Shown here in pieces: positions 25,333-35,199 of a DNA stretch of 38,014 nt. The notes below the pieces were generated by a model. The model worked only from the letters and a program-made list of their open reading frames with translations. It did no database searches and was not told the origin of the DNA. The stretch lies in contig PFUW01000003.1 of NCBI GenBank assembly GCA_002790315.1, positions 1-38,014 of the forward strand, in the 5' to 3' direction. Within the stretch, counting starts at the first letter, position 1, and each line of letters begins with the position of its first letter. The stretch is from Candidatus Huberarchaeum crystalense (GTDB taxonomy: Archaea > Huberarchaeota > Huberarchaeia > Huberarchaeales > Huberarchaeaceae). The translations under genes were made by a program, and so were the position numbers.

Positions 25333-25435
25333 CTAAAATAAAAATAAAAGATAATTTGCCAAAGATGTTTCTATTATAAGGATAAGCTATGTAAAAGTTC
25401 TAAAACATACTTTAAACACAATTTGCAAATATAAT

Positions 25436-25981
25436 ATGATACACAACAAGAAAATAGCTAAAATCTGCATCATAAAAAATAAAGATAACAAAAAATGTCA
25501 GCAAGAACTTAGTTTGACATGGCGCGAGCTAAGTTTGGCTGTTATTATTGTGGTTTTTGGTTTTCTTTTCAGCACCAAGGAATTTTTGCTTTTTTTAAAT
25601 ACTTTAAATCCTATTTATGGGTTTATGCTTTATTATTTTATTTTATTTTTGGTTTTGTTTGTTTTTTCAAAATTTGGATTTGTTATTATGAATGTAAAAA
25701 TTCAAAATATTGTGCAGGTGATCGGATCAACGATGATTGCTTTTGCTTTTTTTATAGTTGTTAGTTGGGAAAGTGCATATGTACAATATATAACTCTGGG
25801 CTCGTATGGTGAGATTTCAAACATTTTTTTGCAAAGTGAAGATGGTGCTGTTTGGTATTTTTGGTATAATATTATAGGTATTGTAAATATAGAGTTAGCG
25901 CGGTTGCTTACTTTTGTTATTACACCTTTTGTTTTGGTTATTGTTGGTGGGTTGCTTGTCACAAAAAGAAAGTTGTTGTGA
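25436..25981 (+). CDS. Hypothetical membrane protein
   Basis: About four hydrophobic segments; start uncertain. Confidence 0.7.
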   Translation: MIHNKKIAKICIIKNKDNKKCQQELSLTWRELSLAVIIVVFGFLFSTKEFLLFLNTLNPIYGFMLYYFILFLVLFVFSKFGFVIMNVKIQNIVQVIGSTMIAFAFFIVVSWESAYVQYITLGSYGEISNIFLQSEDGAVWYFWYNIIGIVNIELARLLTFVITPFVLVIVGGLLVTKRKLL

Positions 25982-26050
25982 TTATACTCTTTATTTTATA
26001 AACTTTTGCTGTGGAAAAGTATTGGTGTTGAATGAGTTCACAAATAAAAT

Positions 26051-26629
26051 ATGAAAATTATATCTCGCGGAGCAGAAGCAATTCTTTATGATGTTGGTGA
26101 CAAAATAAAAAAAGAAAGAATTTCTAAAACTTATCGCTTGCCACAAATAGATATAACTCTCAGAAAAACACGGGCGCGCAAAGAATTAAATAATATGACG
26201 CGTTTGGCTGCAATTGGTGTTAATGTTCCGCATATTACTCAAGATGGAGATTTTGGTTTGCGTATAGATAAAATCAAAGGCATAACACTTCAAAAATTGA
26301 TAAAAACAAACGACCAAAATCTAAACGTGTTGTTTCAAATGCTCGGCGAACAAATAAAAAAAATACATGATTTTGACATAATCCACGGCGATTTAGCACC
26401 TACGAATATGGTAATCAACAATATGCAGCCATTTCTTATTGATTTTGGACTTTCTTACCAGTCTAAATCTATTGAAGATAAAGCAACAGACATTGTTCTG
26501 TTTTTGAAATTGTTAAGATCTTTGCATACAAACGAAAATTTAATTAGCGCGTTTTTTAAAGGATATTTGCCTAACAAGTTGTTTTTAGATAAAATCGAGC
26601 AAATAAAAAAAAGAGCAAGATATCTGTGA
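26051..26629 (+). CDS. bud32: KEOPS complex kinase Bud32 (stand-alone)
   Basis: RGAEA, KERISKTYR, IHGDLAPTN, IDFGL, EDKATD and C-terminal RARY. Confidence 0.93.
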   Translation: MKIISRGAEAILYDVGDKIKKERISKTYRLPQIDITLRKTRARKELNNMTRLAAIGVNVPHITQDGDFGLRIDKIKGITLQKLIKTNDQNLNVLFQMLGEQIKKIHDFDIIHGDLAPTNMVINNMQPFLIDFGLSYQSKSIEDKATDIVLFLKLLRSLHTNENLISAFFKGYLPNKLFLDKIEQIKKRARYL

Positions 26630-26669
26630 TTTTTTGTTAATAACAAAAATACAAAACCATATTGATTTT

Positions 26670-29177
26670 TTAACAAACAATATAGGATTGGTTGTTATTT
26701 TTGCACAATTTTATTATGTGCTGCGCTGATTTTTCAAAGTCACTTTCATGAGAAACAATTATGATTTGTTTGAGTGGCAATAAACTAAAAACTTTCTGCA
26801 TATTTTGAATTTGCTCAGGACCAAAGCCAGTTGTTGGTTCATCTAAAATTAATATTCCCTTTAATGCAGATATACCATATTTTTCAAGCAAAACAGCAAG
26901 GGTTAAATAATAAGAAAGTGCAGCAGCGGTTTTTTCACCACCAGACAAATCTTCAAACAAAAAAACAGAATCATCAACTGAAAATATAGGTGTAAATTTT
27001 TGGTCAATTTCAACTAAAAAATCACTGTTTTGCAATAGCATTTTGAAATATTTTCTAAACAAAACTTCAAAATTTTTTAAGATTTCTTCTGTAACTCTTG
27101 TTTCAATTGTATTTAATATTTTAATAAAAACATTGTCCATCCAATATATTATTTGTTCTTTTTGCTCTTTCACTTTTTTTTGCAGTTCAAGATTTATTTT
27201 GTCTCTTTTTATTTTTTCTATATCTTTTTTAATATTAGTCATCAGTTGCTCTATTTTTCCCATAAGATATTGCGCACCCTCAATCTCAGTTTGCATTGCT
27301 TGTTTTTCTGTTTGAACTTTTTTTAAATCTTCATTAAGTGTGATGCTTATTGGTTGTAAAACAACACCTATCTTTTGGCAACCTTCTGTTATTTTCTGAA
27401 TTTCGTCAATTGTTTGGTTATATCTTTGTTTTTCTTTTTCTTTTTGCTCTTCAAGTATTTTAATCTTTTCAGCTAACAACAAAGCATTTTTGTTTTTTTC
27501 AAGTATTTCAACAATATTTTTTTCCTCTTTTGTTATTAGTATAGTGTTTTGGTGTTTTTGTTTAATTTGTTCTTGTAACCATAGTTGCTTTTCGCTAATT
27601 TCTTCGTTTTCATTCTTTATATTTTTTGCCTTTGTTTTTAAATCTTCAATACTTATGTTTAGCTCTGTTATTTCATTATATTTTATTATAAATAACTCTT
27701 TGTTTATACTTTCAATATCTTTTAATAATTCAGTTTTTTTATCTTTTTCTGTTTCACTTTCTTTTATTTTGTCATTAATTTTTTTTAGTTCAGTGATAGA
27801 GTTCTTTATATTTATATTAATATTTTTCAACAAATCTGTTTTTCTACTATCCTGCAAAATGGACTCGCAAATGGGGCAAATAGATTTTGCTCCTGAAATC
27901 TCAGTTCTTTGTTTTTCCAAATTTTTTAGTATAGTATTTAATATTTGTTCTTTTCCCTTTAAAATTTCTCTTTCTTTTGTTAATCTATTATTTTCTATCT
28001 GCAAATTTTTTCTACTCTCAGAAATTCTATTTATTTTTTCTATATCTACTTCTTCCCCAAATATTCTGAAATATTTTTCTTCAACTTCTTTAATATAGAT
28101 TTGGCATTCAGATATTTTTTTATTTGTTTCTGCCACCAACATCCCTTGGTGCCTTATGTCTTCAAGCAATTTATTTTTTTGTTTACTTATCTCTTCAAAT
28201 TGCGTTTGATATTTAACAATTTGTTGATTCAGTTTGTCTTTTTGGTAGTGTATTTCGTTTTGTTTGATTTTAAGAAGCGCAAAATTTTCAGCAGGTTTTA
28301 TTTCTATTTTTGTTTTAGAGTCATTCATTTGTTTTATCTGTTTATCTAAACTCAATATGTTGTTTTTTGTGTTGTTATTGTCTTTTTCAAGAAAACTCAA
28401 ATTTTTCTGAAGAGTTAATAGCTGTTGTTTATTTTTTTCTGCGCCCCCAAGGTTTTTTTGCATTTTTTCATATTTAATATTAATATCTAAAAAAATCTGT
28501 TTTAATTTAGTTATGCTTGCTGCTTGTTTTTTGAGTTTTATTTCAAGATTTTCTTTTTCTTGCTCTAAATTTTCTGCTTGTTTTTTTATGTCATTTAATT
28601 GTTCAACATCTTTTTTAAGCAAAGCAATCTCTTGCCCCATATCGCGCCCAATATATTTTTTATTTTCTCTGCATTGTTGATATTTTTTTATATTAAATAT
28701 ATCTCTTACCATATTCATTCTTTCTTCTTCATTAGAATACAAAATCTGTTTAATTTTGTCCTGGACAACATAAAATATTGGAGATGAACTACTAATGTTT
28801 TTAATATTTAAAATAGCGGTTATGCGCGCGTTTATTTCTGTTGGACTTAAAATTGTTTTTTTATTGTTAGTTATAATATATGCTTCCTCTTGCATTATTT
28901 GCGTTTTTTTCCTTTTAATTGTTCTTGATATTGTGTATTTTTGATTATTCTGTTCTATTTCTATAATTATATTGCCTCTTTCAGCATCTTTTTTCAGCAA
29001 TCTACTGAGAATTCCTCTTCCAATTGAATTTCCGAACAACGCAAAACCAATTGCCATTAGAAGCGTTGTTTTGCCTACGCCAACAGGCCCTTGAATAAGA
29101 GTTATATTTGGTGAAAAGCAAAAGTCAGCTTCAGCATAACTTCTAATATTTTTTAAATATATGCGCTCGATTATCAT
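26670..29177 (-). CDS. rad50: Rad50/SbcC-type SMC-like ATPase
   Basis: LKNIRSY, Walker A GPVGVGKTT, zinc hook CPIC within a long coiled coil, signature LSGGE, Walker B ILDEPT, VSH; ATG 29177 is the likely start. Confidence 0.9.
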   Translation of the reverse strand: MIIERIYLKNIRSYAEADFCFSPNITLIQGPVGVGKTTLLMAIGFALFGNSIGRGILSRLLKKDAERGNIIIEIEQNNQKYTISRTIKRKKTQIMQEEAYIITNNKKTILSPTEINARITAILNIKNISSSSPIFYVVQDKIKQILYSNEEERMNMVRDIFNIKKYQQCRENKKYIGRDMGQEIALLKKDVEQLNDIKKQAENLEQEKENLEIKLKKQAASITKLKQIFLDINIKYEKMQKNLGGAEKNKQQLLTLQKNLSFLEKDNNNTKNNILSLDKQIKQMNDSKTKIEIKPAENFALLKIKQNEIHYQKDKLNQQIVKYQTQFEEISKQKNKLLEDIRHQGMLVAETNKKISECQIYIKEVEEKYFRIFGEEVDIEKINRISESRKNLQIENNRLTKEREILKGKEQILNTILKNLEKQRTEISGAKSICPICESILQDSRKTDLLKNININIKNSITELKKINDKIKESETEKDKKTELLKDIESINKELFIIKYNEITELNISIEDLKTKAKNIKNENEEISEKQLWLQEQIKQKHQNTILITKEEKNIVEILEKNKNALLLAEKIKILEEQKEKEKQRYNQTIDEIQKITEGCQKIGVVLQPISITLNEDLKKVQTEKQAMQTEIEGAQYLMGKIEQLMTNIKKDIEKIKRDKINLELQKKVKEQKEQIIYWMDNVFIKILNTIETRVTEEILKNFEVLFRKYFKMLLQNSDFLVEIDQKFTPIFSVDDSVFLFEDLSGGEKTAAALSYYLTLAVLLEKYGISALKGILILDEPTTGFGPEQIQNMQKVFSLLPLKQIIIVSHESDFEKSAQHIIKLCKNNNQSYIVC

Positions 29178-29314
29178 ATTTTTTTGTGTTTTGTTGGTGT
29201 GGGAATACATATAATAAATTGTGTTTGCATCTCTAAGTTTTTTTGTTTGCGCGCCACACACCACTAAAAAACATTTTCAAAAATACATATTGCTCGATCT
29301 TTTTTAAAAAAAAT

Positions 29315-31726
29315 ATGGTGCTTGATAAAAAATATAATCCCGCATCTTTTGAAGAGGAGATTATTAAATTCTGGCAAGAGAACGAAGTTTTTAAATTTAA
29401 TCCCAAAACAACCAAAAAAATATTTTCAATTGATTCACCACCACCATATGCTTCAGGAGACATTCATGTTGGTCACATTATGAGTTATGGACATTTTGAG
29501 TTTGCTGCGCGTTACTGGAGAATGCGCGGAAAAGAGGTTTTTTATCCTTTTGGGTTTGATGATAATGGTCTTCCAACAGAAAGATATGTTGAAAAAAAAT
29601 ACAATATTAAATCAGTAGATATGCTGCGTAAAGAGTTTAGAGATCTTTGTTTAAAAGAAGTCACACAACTCGACGAATTATACAAAAACATTTTTACTCG
29701 AATGGGACATTCAATGGATTGGTCACTTTCATACAATACTATAAATCCATATTGTACAAAAATGTCGCAAAGATCTTTTATTGATCTTTATAAAAAAGGA
29801 AGAGTGGAGAGATTAGAAGAAGCGGTGATTTGGTGTCCTTTTTGCCAAACAGCACTTGCTCAAGACGACCTTGAAGACGCAGAAAAAGAAACATTTTTAA
29901 ACACAATTTTATTTGAACTTGAAACTAAAGAAAAAATTAAAATAGCAACAACACGACCAGAACTTTTGCCTGCGTGTGTTGGAATTTTTGCACATCCTGA
30001 TGATGAACGATATAAAAATTTTGTTGGAAAAAAAGCAAAAATTCCTATTTTTGGAGGTGTTGTTCCTATTATGGCTGACGATAAAGTAGATATGGAATTT
30101 GGAACAGGGCTTGTTATGGTATGTACTTTTGGAGATCAAACAGATATTGATTGGTGGAGAAAATATGATCTTCCTTTAAAAAATGTATTAAATAAAGATG
30201 GATCTTTAAATAAGTTAGCAGGTAAGTATAAAGGCACATTTATTAAAGATGCTCGCGCAAAAATAATAGAAGATCTCAAGTCAGAAAATCTTTTAATTGA
30301 GCAAAAGAAAATAATGCATTCTGTAAATGTTCATAATAGATGTAATGTTCCTGCAGAATATATTGTTTCACTTCAATGGAAAATAAAACAACTTGATCTA
30401 AAAAATAAAATGATAGAGCAAGGTCGAAAAATAAAATGGTATCCTGATTTTATGCGTTTAAAATATGAAAATTGGGTTAATGGATTAAAGTGGGATTGGA
30501 TAATTTCGCGCCAAAGATGTTTTGGCATACCTTTTCCAATATGGTATTGTAAAAAATGTGGAAAAACAATTATAGCAGATGAAAGTGAATTGCCTGTTTA
30601 TCCAACACAAGATATGCCCAAAAAAAAATGTAGTTGTGGGTCAATAGATTTTTTACCAGAGACAGATGTTATGGATACTTGGATGACTTCATCAATATCT
30701 CCGTTAATTACTGCAAAATGGGGGGAAAAAGATAATTTAATGAATATAGTATACCCTTTTTCTTTAAGACCACAAGGACATGACATAATACGAACATGGG
30801 CTTATTATACAATTTTAAAGAGCCATCTTCACACAAATTCTATTCCTTGGAAAACAATTGCTGTTTCAGGGTGGGGGCTTGATGAAAAAGGCAAAAAAAT
30901 GTCAAAATCAAAAGGAAATATAGTAGATCCACAAGATGTTATCAAAAAATATTCTGCTGATGCCTTAAGATGGTGGGGGGCAACCGTAAGAGCAGGCGAG
31001 GATTTTTGTTATAAAGAACAAGATGTACAAGATGGCTTTAAATTTTTAAATAAAATTTGGAATGCATCTCTTTTTGTTGAGATGTTTTATAATAGTGATG
31101 TTTTTGAAAAAAACAACACAGAGCTATCTAAGAAAAACAGCAGGGTTTTGGACAAATGGATTATTCAAAAATTCAGGAAAGTTCTTGACAATTCAAGTAA
31201 AGCAATTGAAGAATATAATTATGGAGATGTTAAAAGAAATTTGTTTCAGTTTTTTAAAACCCATTTTTGCGACAATTATCTTGAATTTATTAAATGGCGG
31301 CTTTACTCTAATGAAAATATAAAAGCAAAAACATCTGCACAATATTATGTTGCATTTGTATTAAAAAACTCTTTAAAATTATTCCATCCTTTTATTCCTT
31401 TTATAACTGAAAAGATTTGGATGGACTTATTTGATGAAAATAAAAGCATTGCTATTACTTTATGGCCAGAATTGTCTGAATTTGATGAAGATACACAAGC
31501 AGAAAAAATTGGTGACTTTGCTTTTAAAGTTATTGAAGATGTTAGGGTATGGAAAGCGAGCAACAAAAAAAGCGTTGCATATGATAATTTTTCTTTAGAT
31601 CTGACGATTCCCGATGCATCTTTTAATGAAGTTGTAGAAGACATAAAAAATATTGTGCGCGCAAAAAAAATATCTGTTGTTATTAGTAAGGATTATCAGG
31701 TTATTTGTAAAAATTTAGAGAATTAG
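29315..31726 (+). CDS. valS: Valine--tRNA ligase
   Basis: IDSPPPYASGDIHVGH, GFDDNGLPTE, ATTRPEL, DWIISRQR, RPQGHDII and KMSKS. Confidence 0.95.
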   Translation: MVLDKKYNPASFEEEIIKFWQENEVFKFNPKTTKKIFSIDSPPPYASGDIHVGHIMSYGHFEFAARYWRMRGKEVFYPFGFDDNGLPTERYVEKKYNIKSVDMLRKEFRDLCLKEVTQLDELYKNIFTRMGHSMDWSLSYNTINPYCTKMSQRSFIDLYKKGRVERLEEAVIWCPFCQTALAQDDLEDAEKETFLNTILFELETKEKIKIATTRPELLPACVGIFAHPDDERYKNFVGKKAKIPIFGGVVPIMADDKVDMEFGTGLVMVCTFGDQTDIDWWRKYDLPLKNVLNKDGSLNKLAGKYKGTFIKDARAKIIEDLKSENLLIEQKKIMHSVNVHNRCNVPAEYIVSLQWKIKQLDLKNKMIEQGRKIKWYPDFMRLKYENWVNGLKWDWIISRQRCFGIPFPIWYCKKCGKTIIADESELPVYPTQDMPKKKCSCGSIDFLPETDVMDTWMTSSISPLITAKWGEKDNLMNIVYPFSLRPQGHDIIRTWAYYTILKSHLHTNSIPWKTIAVSGWGLDEKGKKMSKSKGNIVDPQDVIKKYSADALRWWGATVRAGEDFCYKEQDVQDGFKFLNKIWNASLFVEMFYNSDVFEKNNTELSKKNSRVLDKWIIQKFRKVLDNSSKAIEEYNYGDVKRNLFQFFKTHFCDNYLEFIKWRLYSNENIKAKTSAQYYVAFVLKNSLKLFHPFIPFITEKIWMDLFDENKSIAITLWPELSEFDEDTQAEKIGDFAFKVIEDVRVWKASNKKSVAYDNFSLDLTIPDASFNEVVEDIKNIVRAKKISVVISKDYQVICKNLEN

Positions 31727-31740
31727 TTATCAAATATATT

Positions 31741-32139
31741 ATGGCTGAAAAAGAGTGTGTTTTTTGCAAAATAGTTGCAGGCGAAGTTCCTTCTTTTAAG
31801 ATTTATGAAGACAACAATTTTGTAGCGTTTCTCAATATTTTTCCTGTGTGCAAAGGTCACACTTTAATTATACCAAAAAAGCATTTTCGTTGGGTTTGGG
31901 ACTTGCCTGATGATTTGTATGCGCAATTTTGGCTTGTTGCAAAGAAAATAGCACTTTTTTTACAAGAAAAGCATAAGTCAGATTTTATTGTGTCATTTGT
32001 TGAAGGTATAGATATTCCTCACGCACACATACATCTCCAACCACAAGTTTTTGGCAAAATACAAAAATCACAACTAATATTCACATCTGACGAAGAGCGA
32101 ATGAATTTTGTAAAATTAGCCCACGAGAAAATAGGGTAA
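31741..32139 (+). CDS. hit: HIT-family nucleotide hydrolase
   Basis: CVFCKI, GHTLIIPKKH and HAHIH triad. Confidence 0.93.
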   Translation: MAEKECVFCKIVAGEVPSFKIYEDNNFVAFLNIFPVCKGHTLIIPKKHFRWVWDLPDDLYAQFWLVAKKIALFLQEKHKSDFIVSFVEGIDIPHAHIHLQPQVFGKIQKSQLIFTSDEERMNFVKLAHEKIG

Positions 32140-32250
32140 TTAAAATAAGTTTGTCTAATATTTAATTTTTTATTTTTATTTAATTAACTTGCTAATATAA
32201 TCAATAGCAACAACAATAGTAATAGCAACAGAGTTTTTAAGTGTTTATTT

Positions 32251-33681
32251 TTATTTAATTANNNNNNNNTTCTTTGCTACAAACATAATTTTCATAACAT
32301 CTTTTGCGTTTTTGATTCTTTTTAAAAGTGCTTCTTTTGGAAGATTGGTTTCTACAACACCACTAATTTTTTTTAAGAGTAATTCGCCTTTTATGGGTTT
32401 TAGCGCGATATCTTCTGGCTTTGAGATAGGAGCAATAAAATAAATATCTTCTTTTTTTGAAATAATTATATCTGTTTTCAAAAACCATAATTTTTCAATA
32501 ATTTCTCCTTGAGTATTAATTAAAGTAATGTGTGGGATTGAATCTATTGTGTTGGCTTTTAAATGCTCTTTTAAAGTATAAAGGTGGTTTGTGACAATAT
32601 TTATAAGACCAAAAGCGTCGCGTATTTCTGTTTCTGAAACTTCGCGCTGCTTGTCAAAATTCTCTTGAATTACTATAAACTGCTTTAAAATATTTAATAT
32701 TTGTGGTGAAATCCTTTTTTTGTCAACAACTTCTTTTTCAAACACAACAAGTGCGTTTTCGTCAGTGTAATCAACATTTAATAAATTAAGTATTTGTTTA
32801 ACTTGATCTTTTATTTGACTTATATATTTAGATGCATCTTGCTTTTGCTTAAATCGCTGCCCCCCGACAATTTTGCTTTCCATATAATCAATATATTCTC
32901 TAACTTTTCTTTCATATTCTCCAAATTCTTGGGGGGAAACTTCAAAACACACCTTGTGTTCAAGACCCTTCCATTTTTTTCTAACATCTACCCAAATATC
33001 AATATATTTTTGCTCAATAACGCCTTGTGCTTTCATTTCTTTAAGAATCCCTTCTATTCTTACAGGATCTGGCATCTCATACCCCCAAGCAGCACTAACA
33101 GCTTGGGATATGTCTGCAGCAGCATATTGCAACTCAAAAAAAAGAGTACCATTTATTTGGTCTTTAATTTTATTGATTCTTTCTCGCGCTATCCGTTGCT
33201 CTGTTTCAATAGTATCATATGTTGGTTTTATTTTGCTTGTTTCTACCATCCTTTTAAGTGTAATAAAAAGTCCTTTTTCATCTTTAAAAGGAATTCCGTC
33301 TCTTACATAACTATATATTGTTGGGGCTGCTTGAATTGTTCCATCTATTAGAGTTGTTAGTGTATATACCTGGATATGAAATCGTTGATCTACACCCCAT
33401 GCAATTTGTTGTAGTAAACTTCTCATGCTATCTAATATAAACATAATAGGAATCTTTGTTATATCATCTCCAGAATCATCTAAAATACAAATAATATCCC
33501 AATCATTGCTTTTGCTTTGAGAATCGCGCACCCAAGACCCCGTTCCAACTACAATATTTATTTTTTTCTGTAACTCGGGATTTTTATCAATTTCTCTAAC
33601 TAACTGCTTTGCTGTGTTTATTTTGTGTGCCTGCAAAATTGCTTTTAGTTTTTCTGGGTCTATTGTTGTTTTGTTAGTCAT
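32251..33681 (-). CDS. Pol-beta-superfamily nucleotidyltransferase fused to HEPN-like helical domain(s)
   Basis: GSWVR...DWDIICILDD and FHIQ, followed by a helical region with KKWKGLEH; 3' end at an N-gap. Confidence 0.75.
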   Translation of the reverse strand: MTNKTTIDPEKLKAILQAHKINTAKQLVREIDKNPELQKKINIVVGTGSWVRDSQSKSNDWDIICILDDSGDDITKIPIMFILDSMRSLLQQIAWGVDQRFHIQVYTLTTLIDGTIQAAPTIYSYVRDGIPFKDEKGLFITLKRMVETSKIKPTYDTIETEQRIARERINKIKDQINGTLFFELQYAAADISQAVSAAWGYEMPDPVRIEGILKEMKAQGVIEQKYIDIWVDVRKKWKGLEHKVCFEVSPQEFGEYERKVREYIDYMESKIVGGQRFKQKQDASKYISQIKDQVKQILNLLNVDYTDENALVVFEKEVVDKKRISPQILNILKQFIVIQENFDKQREVSETEIRDAFGLINIVTNHLYTLKEHLKANTIDSIPHITLINTQGEIIEKLWFLKTDIIISKKEDIYFIAPISKPEDIALKPIKGELLLKKISGVVETNLPKEALLKRIKNAKDVMKIMFVAKXXXXIK

Positions 33682-33741
33682 AAATTATTTAAGTGTTTTG
33701 TATTTAGGACAAACTTGTGTTTTTATATTTTGTTAGGAACT

Positions 33742-34284
33742 TTACACTATAACTGTTTCTAAATATGGTTCTTTGTTAGAGCTAACTTCTTGAAGCCAAT
33801 TAATAACTGCTCTGTGCTTTGAGCCATTTATAATCTGCTCAATTGTGTTTTTGGCAAGACCTGTGTTTTTTGCAGATCCAATAATATATGCTTTACTGGT
33901 GTTAATTAGCAAAGCAACATCACACAACACCTCAATTTTTTTTCGTATTTTTCCTTGCTTGCCAATAATTCTGCCAGCAATAACTTTTTGACGGTTTTTG
34001 TTTTTGTGTTTAAAAGATATTTGTGTTAAAAAAACATCTAGCTCTTTAAGTTTAATTGCATTATTGGGTGTAAATCCTATAGAGATTGCAGAAAGTATAT
34101 TTACTGCTGTTTCTATGTTTAATATGTCTTTGCCACTTATTTTTGCGATTCCTTTATTTATCTCTATAACTGTATGTGTTATTTTTTCAATTTTTGCTTT
34201 TGTTTCTCCCTTGTTTCCTATTATTGTTGCTGCGCGCTTTTCATCAAATACAATAATTTCTTCATATAATTTTTCATTAACCAT
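33742..34284 (-). CDS. KH-domain rRNA-processing protein (Dim2/Pno1/Krr1 family)
   Basis: IIGNKGETK and GRIIGKQGKIR GxxG loops; AISIGFTP; IINGSKH. Confidence 0.88.
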   Translation of the reverse strand: MVNEKLYEEIIVFDEKRAATIIGNKGETKAKIEKITHTVIEINKGIAKISGKDILNIETAVNILSAISIGFTPNNAIKLKELDVFLTQISFKHKNKNRQKVIAGRIIGKQGKIRKKIEVLCDVALLINTSKAYIIGSAKNTGLAKNTIEQIINGSKHRAVINWLQEVSSNKEPYLETVIV

Positions 34285-34331
34285 AATTTTGTTATTTGTT
34301 TTTGTATTTGTTGCAGCACCATAAAAATATT

Positions 34332-34661
34332 ATGGTTGTACCAAAAAAACGACACACTAAGAATTTTAGCTTGCGGAGAGGATATACTCATCAAGCAGTA
34401 CGCGGCAGCGAACAAACAGTAAGATGTGTTTTTTGTAGTAGATCCTTTAATAAATATAAGGCAGTACCTATACTAAAACGATTTTCTCCAAATATTGTAA
34501 TTAGAGAAGGAGTTATGGATGTTTTTGCTGTTAAGAGCTTTGCTTGTCCAAGTTGCGCAAAAATACACCACCTAAAAAAGCAAACAGAATTTGAAAAAGA
34601 AAAAACCAAAACAAAAACTTTTCACAAAAAGCCAGCGTTTTCTAAAACCAAAAGTTTTTAA
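34332..34661 (+). CDS. rps26e: 30S ribosomal protein S26e-like
   Basis: PKKR...RG...VRCVFC...KAV...FSP...ACPSCA matches the S26e zinc-binding pattern. Confidence 0.75.
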   Translation: MVVPKKRHTKNFSLRRGYTHQAVRGSEQTVRCVFCSRSFNKYKAVPILKRFSPNIVIREGVMDVFAVKSFACPSCAKIHHLKKQTEFEKEKTKTKTFHKKPAFSKTKSF

Positions 34662-34728
34662 ACAAACTTTAATTTTCTCTTAGTTCTTTTTTTAATCCTT
34701 ATTTTTTAAACTAAAACACACCTATTAT

Positions 34729-35067
34729 TTACTCATATTCTCTACTAATATACCCACATTTTAAACATTTATAAAATCTTGTTGGTGGTTCATCGCTCGC
34801 GCGCGTTTGCTTCATCCAAAAAACTGCTTTTAAATTAGAGCATTTCGGGCATCCATGTTTGACTGTTGGAAGTTTCTTTGTTTCAATATCTTCATTAAAT
34901 ATACTAACTTTTTTCTCACTTTTTTCTATGCTTTCGCAAATAATGCAAGCTTTAACGCGACCTTTTTTTTCTGTTTGCTCTGTTCCGCAGCACCTACACA
35001 CAAAAATAGTTTTTTCTCCTTGTTTTCTTGAACTGCACAACCCCCCACATTTATTACAAAAAATCAT
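34729..35067 (-). CDS. tfs: Transcription elongation/cleavage factor TFS
   Basis: Two Zn ribbons (FCNKCG...CRCCG; CPKC...KCLKCG) and the acidic hairpin QTRASDEP. Confidence 0.93.
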   Translation of the reverse strand: MIFCNKCGGLCSSRKQGEKTIFVCRCCGTEQTEKKGRVKACIICESIEKSEKKVSIFNEDIETKKLPTVKHGCPKCSNLKAVFWMKQTRASDEPPTRFYKCLKCGYISREYE

Positions 35068-35199
35068 AACTTTATTATTATAATTTTAACGCATAAGAAA
35101 AATCAGAAATATAATGGCATAAAATTAAGTTTATTCTCGCAAATAGATTATAATAATAGTATATTATTAATATAATTTTATGATAAGCAAAACCAGACT

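Noticed and set aside
27043-28787. Phe/Ser/Ile-rich plus-strand ORFs (and similar ones elsewhere)
   Set aside because: Antisense shadows of K/E-rich coiled-coil genes.
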